Virus record (IMG/VR): IMGVR_UViG_3300046454_000807
Span: 1 to 64,000 of that record
DNA from: a virus
Direction: 5' to 3' (one strand)
Length of the DNA: 64,000 bases
Made by a program: the position numbers and the translations under genes. Positions 57,235 through 64,000 of this stretch are shown one piece after another. How positions within the stretch are numbered: the first letter of the stretch is position 1; each line of letters begins with the position of its first letter. The notes under the pieces are model-generated. The model was not told the DNA's origin. It ran no database searches and saw only the letters and a list, made by a program, of their open reading frames with translations.

Positions 57235-57290
57235 TCATACATATGTCCGCATTGATTGACAAATCACAGGCAATAGTCGATACTTCACCT
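57235..57290 (+). promoter_or_regulatory. Early promoter 2: TCATACATATGTCC-N7-TTGACA-N17-GATACT, leaderless
   Basis: -10 six nt before ATG 57291. Confidence 0.75.
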
Positions 57291-57515
57291 ATGGACGCAA
57301 AGCAAGCGCAAAGCCTAATCGACAACACTCTCCTAGAGACGGCGATTGAGGATTGCCAACGCGCACGCGCAGAGCTAGGCGTCGTCGTCAGCGGCACGCC
57401 ACAGTACCAGCGTGCACAGGCACTAGCCAAGCAAGAGGCTTTCCTACGGCGCACGGTCAGTCGGTCAGCTCGACGCGGCGCCCAGCCCTACGCCGGCCAC
57501 TGCGTAACGCGGTAG
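57291..57515 (+). CDS. Hypothetical protein
   Basis: Leaderless start behind a TTGACA promoter. Confidence 0.65.
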   Translation: MDAKQAQSLIDNTLLETAIEDCQRARAELGVVVSGTPQYQRAQALAKQEAFLRRTVSRSARRGAQPYAGHCVTR

Positions 57516-58146
57516 CCGACCAATTTCCCGGCCAGCGGCGGCGCGCGGAAGTCGTCACTTCCACCCACACCAGCCCTAACAGCGGCAGCGTCCTCTAACG
57601 AGGACGTGAGGAACAGGGAAGACGACCGCTAACGCGGTAGGCAGGCGTGGCTTGACCTTGAATACGGCCATCGGGCTCGCAGCTCGACGGTCTCTCGGGC
57701 TTGAGATTTCGTCTCTCTCGGGTTGATATTCGGAACCGCGAGATCGCCGCGCCGGTCCTAGCCGTGCGTAGGGTCCAAAGTAGCCGACTGCGTGGCGTAG
57801 GAGTCTCTAGGGGACTCCACCGTCTCCCCCCCGGTTTCGAGAGGCGAAATCTGGCGGTCGCGAAATACCACATCGGAACCACACGCACGCTACACCCCCA
57901 GTTCTAGAGCCAAAAAAGCCGGTTCGGGGATTCTTCCCCACCTGCTGCCGTTCGTCTAGACCCCCCGTGAACCCTCCGTCATCCTCTGGAAACGCAACAA
58001 ATTAAAGGAAATTTCCCCCGAATTTTGCCCTGACCCCCTCCCCTCCGCCGGGATGAAAAAAGGTGCGCGCCGCGGAAAGGTCGCCTATCCTGCAAACTGC
58101 GGCAGGGAGGAAAAAGTGCTTCACCGACAGGTGATAGGTTGCAGGG

Positions 58147-58341
58147 ATGGACAATGTTGAGCGCTGGGCGAACGCGATCACGCTGCGCCGCGACCTGGAG
58201 GAGCTGATGACCAGGGCGGCCAGGGCGCCGCTGTTCCACGGGATGGCGAAGGCCGCGGCGGCTGCCTTGGTTAGCGTCGAAGGGGAGGAGCGGGTGATTC
58301 GGGAGAAGGTGACGGAAGAAGTCCTTCGCGGGGAGCTGTGA
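58147..58341 (+). CDS. Hypothetical protein
   Basis: TAGGTT -10 six nt upstream. Confidence 0.65.
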   Translation: MDNVERWANAITLRRDLEELMTRAARAPLFHGMAKAAAAALVSVEGEERVIREKVTEEVLRGEL

Positions 58342-58778
58342 CGCGCGTCTATCCCCAGTTGCCGCCGAAGCCGAGCCTGCGGGCCTGGCGACCGCTGCCG
58401 ATCGTCGATGCGGTCGGGCGCCCCTTGGACCCCTGCTCGACGGTGCGGTTCCGGCGCACCAGGCAGGTGAAGCAGCGACCGGACGAGCCGCGGCCGCTGG
58501 TCCATCTCTTCGATTTCGCGGACACGGCGCCGCCGGAGATCGAGGTCTACGGCGATGTCGGCATCGTCACGGTGGCCTCGGCGCTGGTCGGAAACTGCTG
58601 GAAGTTCGAGTCCCTGCTGGTGGCCGTCGAGTATCGCTACTACCTCGGGGTGAAGGTCGAGCCGCTGGGTCGCAGCTTCTTCAGGGAGATGGCCGGACCC
58701 TGGCGCTGGGCTCGCTGGCCCGATGGCCGCCGCTTCCTGCACTGGGAAGAGCAGCTCCGACAGGAGCGCTGGGCGTAG
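58338..58778 (+). CDS. Hypothetical protein
   Basis: GTGA overlap. Confidence 0.65.
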   Translation: MTRVYPQLPPKPSLRAWRPLPIVDAVGRPLDPCSTVRFRRTRQVKQRPDEPRPLVHLFDFADTAPPEIEVYGDVGIVTVASALVGNCWKFESLLVAVEYRYYLGVKVEPLGRSFFREMAGPWRWARWPDGRRFLHWEEQLRQERWA

Positions 58779-58891
58779 TGTTCGGCCTGCGGATCATCAA
58801 GGTGCTCTGGAACGACGGGACCTGGACCTGGGAGTTTCAGCAGAAGCGCGGCGTCCACATGGCCCGGCGGGTGCGATCGTGGCCGGCGTGA
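58778..58891 (+). CDS. 37-aa hypothetical protein (MFGLRIIKVLWNDGTWTWEF...)
   Basis: TAGTG and GTGA overlaps tile the gap. Confidence 0.5.
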   Translation: MFGLRIIKVLWNDGTWTWEFQQKRGVHMARRVRSWPA

Positions 58892-59124
58892 GCCTGGGCG
58901 GCATCATCTACCCCGAGATCAACGATGAGCAGGTCGCGGCCCTCTTTGGCTACGAGCTGCGGCGCTCCTGGGTGGTGGCGGAGGATGAGATCGTGCGGAC
59001 GCCGGGGGTCGTCTGGGTCGGGCCGCTGACCCACTTCAAGCTCACTCACGACGGGCGCCTGCCCTTCGAGACCCGCTACTGCCGGGGTGTGTTGGAGCTG
59101 GAGCGCGATCGGCGCCGGCGATAG
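58888..59124 (+). CDS. Hypothetical protein
   Basis: GTGA overlap; GC3 bias. Confidence 0.55.
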   Translation: MSLGGIIYPEINDEQVAALFGYELRRSWVVAEDEIVRTPGVVWVGPLTHFKLTHDGRLPFETRYCRGVLELERDRRRR

Positions 59125-59191
59125 GTCGCAAACTAGGAGGAAATTCAGACCCCGGATGGCACCTGTCCCCGTCTCATGGTATATCTCCCGA

Positions 59192-59725
59192 ATGGCCGAG
59201 ACCCGCGACCTACCTGCACCGAAACCGCCTTGGGGTCTGGTGTGGGCGCTGGCCGCCTTCTTGCTGCTCAACCTCGTGACGAGCGTCCTGGCCCTCACAT
59301 CTCCTTGGTGGTCGGTCATCGCTGCGGTGGTCCTGATCGCGACCGGGACCAGCTTCAGCTACCGGCGCCAGGTCTGGTTCCGCGAATACACGGCCGCCGT
59401 GGAGAGGGAGATCGAGGCGATGAGGGCGGTCCAGGCGATCTCACTGGGAATCAGCGAACAGGACTTCCTGCGGGTGATGGACGAGCATCTCGACCTCGTG
59501 GAGGGCATCGGCGACACCGTGGAGGAGTGGGCGCGAGCGCGCGACATCTCCCTGCGCGGCCTGTTCATATCCGGCGACACCATCGCCAACGCCTGGATTA
59601 CGAAGCTCGGCCTCGATCTCCCAGGGGAGAGTCTCGAAGGCTTCCGGGCGAGCTATGGCCAGGCGATCGTCGTCGGGATCGAAGCCGAACGGGACCGCCG
59701 CGACCGCGCGGAGCTACCGCGATGA
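59192..59725 (+). CDS. Membrane protein (2 TM)
   Basis: Two hydrophobic N-terminal segments. Confidence 0.7.
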   Translation: MAETRDLPAPKPPWGLVWALAAFLLLNLVTSVLALTSPWWSVIAAVVLIATGTSFSYRRQVWFREYTAAVEREIEAMRAVQAISLGISEQDFLRVMDEHLDLVEGIGDTVEEWARARDISLRGLFISGDTIANAWITKLGLDLPGESLEGFRASYGQAIVVGIEAERDRRDRAELPR

Positions 59726-59907
59726 CCGCGCTCGCCGAGGAAATCAGGTACCACGCCAAGGAAGGGCGCCGCTGGGCGGAGGCCGCCGAGGATTTCAACC
59801 GCGGTCGCATCTACGCGGAGGTCTCGCAGGCTCATTCCTTCGCCGCCCTGGCGACTGCGCTCGCTGAGGGTTCGTTGACGATCGACGGGACGGTGATGCA
59901 CCCGTGA
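59722..59907 (+). CDS. Hypothetical protein
   Basis: ATGA overlap. Confidence 0.65.
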   Translation: MTALAEEIRYHAKEGRRWAEAAEDFNRGRIYAEVSQAHSFAALATALAEGSLTIDGTVMHP

Positions 59908-60155
59908 AGCTCGACCAACTCCTGGAGGCGATCGAGACCTACCTGCGCGAGCAGTGGAAGGATGAGGAATGGATGCTCAGCTTCCTCCTCGACCCGATGA
60001 GCCCCTGGGTCTCGGTGGATGCGCGCCGGCGCCACTACTTCGTTGGCGACGGCATCCCCGCCAGGGTGAGCTTCGCGATGTGGAAGCGGACCGGCGCCGT
60101 TCACAGTGTGCATGGTGGCGCGGTCGTGGACCCCCCACTTTTCGAGGTCGCATGA
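59904..60155 (+). CDS. Hypothetical protein
   Basis: GTGA overlap. Confidence 0.65.
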   Translation: MKLDQLLEAIETYLREQWKDEEWMLSFLLDPMSPWVSVDARRRHYFVGDGIPARVSFAMWKRTGAVHSVHGGAVVDPPLFEVA

Positions 60156-60625
60156 GGGCGCCGTTCACCGTCATCAGGATCGAACGGCCGCCGTCGCTGG
60201 CGGGGCTCGACCTCTCTCGTCTCTCCGATATGGGACTGCTCTCGCTCGACCTGCATCCGTCGGCCGCCGGCCCGGAGATCGAGCTGACCTTCGGCACGGC
60301 CGAGGGTGCGGCGCCGGTGACCGAGGAGTTCCTGTGCGAGAAGCTCGAAGCGGCGACGGGACTTTCGGTCCTGGCCTCCCGTCGTCACGAGCTGCACGGC
60401 GCGACGGTACTGCTGACGACCGGCCACTCGGTCGAGACCAACTTCGCCGCCGGCGCGATCGCAGAAGCCGTCGCTAACCGAATCGGGGCTGCTGACGAGG
60501 AGATCATCACCTGGGCGGAGTGGGTGGCCGTCACCGACAAGCATGGCCAGGGTCCGATCTTCCTCAACCCCCTGGAGGTTGCCGGCATCGTCCCTGCGCA
60601 CATCATCGTGGGGGCAGAGGGATGA
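60152..60625 (+). CDS. Hypothetical protein
   Basis: ATGA overlap; GAGG SD. Confidence 0.65.
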   Translation: MRAPFTVIRIERPPSLAGLDLSRLSDMGLLSLDLHPSAAGPEIELTFGTAEGAAPVTEEFLCEKLEAATGLSVLASRRHELHGATVLLTTGHSVETNFAAGAIAEAVANRIGAADEEIITWAEWVAVTDKHGQGPIFLNPLEVAGIVPAHIIVGAEG

Positions 60626-61038
60626 CCCGTCGAGAGGCTGGGCTTAGCGCCGCAGCGGTTGGCTTTGCTTTGGTAACCGGGCTCGCGTCTTCATGGCCCG
60701 TGTTCCTCCTTGGCTTTGGCGGACTACTGACCTGCCTCTGGGTGTTGTTCCCGAGCGCCGGCCGTCGTCACCCTGAGTCCGGGACCGCCAAGGAAGTAGC
60801 GCTCCTACAACAAAAGATCAGGGAGTTGCTTTTCGACGAGCAGGCTGCGCGCCGGATTGGTGCTAGCGCTGAGCAGGACCGCCTTCTGGGGGTAGTCGAA
60901 GAGTTGAGTCGGTTCGGGTTGCGCGAAGATGAGGATCACCCCGGCTTCTCTGAGATAGGAATGGTGCCAAACGGAGCATTTCTGAATCGAGAGCAGGTAA
61001 TAGATGCCATTGCGCTCATCCCAAGGGGGCGTCTGTGA
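60622..61038 (+). CDS. Membrane protein
   Basis: Two hydrophobic N-terminal segments. Confidence 0.6.
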   Translation: MTRREAGLSAAAVGFALVTGLASSWPVFLLGFGGLLTCLWVLFPSAGRRHPESGTAKEVALLQQKIRELLFDEQAARRIGASAEQDRLLGVVEELSRFGLREDEDHPGFSEIGMVPNGAFLNREQVIDAIALIPRGRL

Positions 61039-61184
61039 AATTCCGCTGCACCCAGTACGGGACCGGCGATGCCGCCGGGCGCGCAATCAAGGTCCTCGAC
61101 ATCGAGGCGGGGAGCTACGCCGGTGCCCTGCGCAAGGCCCAGCGAGAGCTTAGCCATCCGATTGGGGTGAAGGTGAAGTGCTGA
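61035..61184 (+). CDS. 49-aa hypothetical protein
   Basis: GTGA overlap; IEAGSYAGALRKA motif. Confidence 0.55.
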   Translation: MKFRCTQYGTGDAAGRAIKVLDIEAGSYAGALRKAQRELSHPIGVKVKC

Positions 61185-61405
61185 CCCACGACCTTGGCGA
61201 TCTTCACTTCGCCTGGGCGGAACAGTCCGCCCAGATCGAGGTCTACGAGCGTGGCGAGAGTGGTCCGTCGCGCCGGATCGGTTTCCTGACCAACAAGGGT
61301 GAGCATGACTTCCTTGTTCCCTTCGAGCAAGGGCCGTTCGAGAAGCACTGTGAGTGGTTTGCTGAGATGGCGTCGGATGCGGAGGGCGTGACCGAAGATG
61401 AGTAA
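61178..61405 (+). CDS. Hypothetical protein
   Basis: Operon tiling. Confidence 0.6.
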   Translation: MLTHDLGDLHFAWAEQSAQIEVYERGESGPSRRIGFLTNKGEHDFLVPFEQGPFEKHCEWFAEMASDAEGVTEDE

Positions 61406-61781
61406 GGACATCCTCAACGAACGGGAGGGCCGCGCGATCATGAAGGCGGTTGCCATCGGCCAGGGCGACAAAGGATTCTCCCAGGCCGAGCTGGCGAAGG
61501 TCTTCAAAGAGATGCACACCGCAAAGCTCCAGGGCGCGATCTTCGATCTCGTGGTGAGTGGGGAAATGCTGATCGAACTGGGCGATGAGGGAGAGCCCCG
61601 GTATCTCACCAGGCCGAACGCTCCGATCCTTCAGCAGCAGGTGCCCGAGTGCTACTCCTGCGGGGACGAGGACGCCGGGAAGTGCCCCAAGTCCCAGCGG
61701 GCCTGCGGTCACCATTGCAACTGTTCCTGGGTCCACGATCACTGCCACTGGTGCGGGAAGGAGTTCGGTGAGAATGGCTGA
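61398..61781 (+). CDS. Hypothetical protein with Cys/His-rich C-terminus
   Basis: CYSC...CPKS..ACGHHCNCSWVHDHCHWCG. Confidence 0.7.
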   Translation: MSKDILNEREGRAIMKAVAIGQGDKGFSQAELAKVFKEMHTAKLQGAIFDLVVSGEMLIELGDEGEPRYLTRPNAPILQQQVPECYSCGDEDAGKCPKSQRACGHHCNCSWVHDHCHWCGKEFGENG

Positions 61782-62001
61782 GACCTGCCCGATCGACCAC
61801 TGCGATCAACCCCGGAAATCGAATCAGCTCATGTGCAAGTCGCACTGGTACAAGGTGCCGAAGGAACTTCGGGACAAAATATGGCGCCTCGCTCGCAAGA
61901 TGTGGAACGGCGACGATGACGCCTACCAGGAGTGGAGCGACGCCCGAGACGAGGCAATCCACGCTGTGGAAGCCAAGGAGGACGAACATGCCGCGACCTG
62001 A
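61774..62001 (+). CDS. Small zinc-finger protein
   Basis: CPIDHC...MCKSHWYKVP. Confidence 0.7.
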   Translation: MAETCPIDHCDQPRKSNQLMCKSHWYKVPKELRDKIWRLARKMWNGDDDAYQEWSDARDEAIHAVEAKEDEHAAT

Positions 62002-62407
62002 CATGCAAGATGCCCTGGAGGCGATTGCAGCGTTCTGTCACCGGGAGGACGGGATTTTCTCCCTGGCTCTGAACGCTCGTGCCGACGTAGGCAAATGGTC
62101 GGCTAGCTTGGCTTGGGGGCGCGAGGCGCCGGACTCCCCGATGGTGGCCGCACAGGCGATCGGGATGGGCGACACGCCGGCAGAGGCAATCGCACAGATA
62201 GTGGAGGAAGCGAGGCTTACTGTGGTCGAGCCCGACCGCAAAAGCTGGAGCGTACCGATCTGCACGGGCTGCGGTGGCATCTTCGGGATGGCGCCGGGTC
62301 TGGATGCGGCTTGCACCTGCGACCGCACGGTGACGAAGACGGGTAAGACGATCAAACTCATAGAGGCGCCTGCGCGCCAGGAAGGGAGTGACAGTGTTCA
62401 AGACTGA
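61988..62407 (+). CDS. Hypothetical protein
   Basis: AAGGAGG SD; CTGC...CTC. Confidence 0.65.
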   Translation: MPRPDMQDALEAIAAFCHREDGIFSLALNARADVGKWSASLAWGREAPDSPMVAAQAIGMGDTPAEAIAQIVEEARLTVVEPDRKSWSVPICTGCGGIFGMAPGLDAACTCDRTVTKTGKTIKLIEAPARQEGSDSVQD

Positions 62408-62837
62408 GACAGGGGATACCCGTTGGGGCATCGTGGGGGTGTGGTGCGCGATCGCGTGCGTGGGGGTGCTCTTGATGAGCTGGGGCATCGGGCTCGGCTG
62501 CGGCGCCTACAACCGCTACCAGGCTCGCCAGGATGCGGTCAACAAGGTTCACATCGCGCACACCGAAATCCAGCAGGCAGAAGAACAGGCCAAGGTGAAC
62601 AACGCGCAGATCAAGGCGACGGAAGCAGAGGCACGAAAGCGGGTCGCCGAATCCATTGGTCTGAAGAGGTCCCAGGTCGAGATCAACAAGACGCTGACCC
62701 CGCTCTACGTGCAGCACGAGTATGTGCAGGCGATCGAGCAGGCTGCGCACTCCAGTTCCAACACAATCGAGTTCATCCCCGTCGGGCAGAACGGGATACC
62801 GATCGTCGGTAGTACGAACATAACTCCTGGCCGATGA
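62388..62837 (+). CDS. Membrane-anchored coiled-coil protein (SPFH-like C-terminus)
   Basis: N-terminal TM; AEAR...INKTLTPLYVQ...IPVGQNGIPI. Confidence 0.6.
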   Translation: MTVFKTETGDTRWGIVGVWCAIACVGVLLMSWGIGLGCGAYNRYQARQDAVNKVHIAHTEIQQAEEQAKVNNAQIKATEAEARKRVAESIGLKRSQVEINKTLTPLYVQHEYVQAIEQAAHSSSNTIEFIPVGQNGIPIVGSTNITPGR

Positions 62838-63112
62838 CCGCTGCGCAGGCCGCCAAGAAGTGTCGCGAGATCGCCGATCGCCTCTGGGAGAGTCGCGATA
62901 GGAAGTCGCCTTCTCGCGATGTTCTGTCGCTGGACTCCGGTGACCTGCACATGGTGGCGGGACTCCTCGAAGGCCGCAAGTGGACGCTCTACGTTTGTCC
63001 TTCGGAGTCTTGCATTTTCGTGTCGATGACACCAGGAAAATGCCGAAGCCATCCTTATCCCTGTCGGGCGATGGGTCCCGAGCTGGAGAAGGTTGAGGTT
63101 CTGGCCATATGA
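62834..63112 (+). CDS. Hypothetical protein
   Basis: ATGA overlap; Cys cluster. Confidence 0.6.
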   Translation: MTAAQAAKKCREIADRLWESRDRKSPSRDVLSLDSGDLHMVAGLLEGRKWTLYVCPSESCIFVSMTPGKCRSHPYPCRAMGPELEKVEVLAI

Positions 63113-63528
63113 GGGTGAAGTGGCGTCGGCGGCGCAAACCAGCACCGGCGGAGCCGCGGCCGACGGACCTCTCCGAGGCCCGCGAGGGCGCCCGCTACTA
63201 CGCGCTCTGTGGTGACAACATGTGGGGGATGTCGATCACCTGGCAGCACAAGCCCGGTGAGCACCCCGCCGACACCGAAGACACTGGCACCTACGCCTCG
63301 ATCATCGGTTGGCTGCCACAGCCGAGACCTGAGCCCGGCGACGTGATTGTGGCGCCGATGAGGGGGGGCGCTGGCGAATGGATCGTGCAGTCGGTGTCGC
63401 GGATCGCCAACGTCGATGACGGCTTCACCGCTGAGCTGCGCGGCGTGGTCGGCTACCTGGAGCCCGCGCCGCAGTTCAAATCGGCGCTGGAACTCCTGAA
63501 GACCGACCAGCGGAGTGAGTACGTATGA
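63109..63528 (+). CDS. Hypothetical protein
   Basis: ATGA overlap. Confidence 0.65.
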   Translation: MRVKWRRRRKPAPAEPRPTDLSEAREGARYYALCGDNMWGMSITWQHKPGEHPADTEDTGTYASIIGWLPQPRPEPGDVIVAPMRGGAGEWIVQSVSRIANVDDGFTAELRGVVGYLEPAPQFKSALELLKTDQRSEYV

Positions 63529-63722
63529 CCGCGCCGTCGCCCAAGGTCCTCCAGCTCACCCGCTCGATGGCGCGGTACGACTTCTCGAAAGACCCGCTCG
63601 TCTCGGCCGACATCGTGATCGAAAAGGGTGGCCGCGTGTGTAAGGACCACAACGGAACGGCGGGGCGCGACGCGACCGACGCCGAGCTACGCGAAGCGAA
63701 GAAAGCGAACCCGAACCGATGA
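63525..63722 (+). CDS. Hypothetical protein
   Basis: ATGA overlap. Confidence 0.6.
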   Translation: MTAPSPKVLQLTRSMARYDFSKDPLVSADIVIEKGGRVCKDHNGTAGRDATDAELREAKKANPNR

Positions 63723-63746
63723 ACGAGGCGTAGGTTGCGTAAGTTC

Positions 63747-64000
63747 GTGCCAGGCGATCCCAGGGGTAGGTCTTGGGAGCAGGAGGAAACCGAGCGAGTC
63801 GGCCTCGATGAGGGCCATCGCTACGCCACGCTGAGAGGCGCAGCGATCGGCGCCGCCCCCGACGAGCTACTCGACCTCGCCGACGAGCAGCTTCGGGAGT
63901 TCGACAAGGAACTGCACCGCCTGTTGAAGCACCTGCCCCGCAAGTACGAGGACAGGATCAAGAAACTGCACCACCCCTTTTCCGAGGCCAGGGGTCTGAT
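63747..64000 (+). CDS. Hypothetical protein, truncated by the window end
   Basis: GTG 63747 open to the end; preceded by CG-TAGGTT and CG-TAAGTT motifs. Confidence 0.55.
   Translation, partial: MPGDPRGRSWEQEETERVGLDEGHRYATLRGAAIGAAPDELLDLADEQLREFDKELHRLLKHLPRKYEDRIKKLHHPFSEARGL

Overview
The whole window is a high-GC tailed (siphovirus-like) bacteriophage genome, probably most of it; both ends cut through ORFs and no endolysin is visible. Many leaderless TAnnnT-N6/7-ATG starts suggest an actinobacterial host (inference). Gene order: ASCH/HNH/terminase region (0.2-5 kb); portal, protease-scaffold, capsid and head-tail genes (6.5-15 kb); tail tube, chaperone, tape measure, tail tip and fibre genes (15-29 kb); recombination/replication genes (annealase, PD-(D/E)xK exonuclease, initiator, DnaB, SSB-like, RNase H; 30-36 kb); a large glycan-biosynthesis cluster (5 GT2-type, 1 GT4, an NDP-sugar epimerase, 2 SAM methyltransferases, plus a C5 DNA methyltransferase; 36.3-44.9 kb); nuclease, SNF2 helicase and sigma factor (45-47.7 kb); a leftward accessory operon with a tyrosine recombinase, RuvB-like ATPase and secreted metalloprotease (47.7-54.6 kb); a compositionally distinct early region with a second sigma-like gene; and many small rightward ORFs (58-64 kb). 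The most notable observations are: (1) an anticodon-less, CCA-ending tRNA mimic with G3.U70 and a covaried elbow on the minus strand at 13838-13933; (2) a putative virion glycan-shield system in which an A-S-G motif is enriched in surface-exposed virion proteins and absent from the tape measure, alongside the glycosyltransferase cluster; (3) two more structured ncRNA candidates between the terminase and portal genes; (4) a two-sigma transcription cascade with readable early and late promoter motifs; (5) apparent genome-wide avoidance of many 6-bp palindromes. All calls come from reading motifs by eye; no searches were run.
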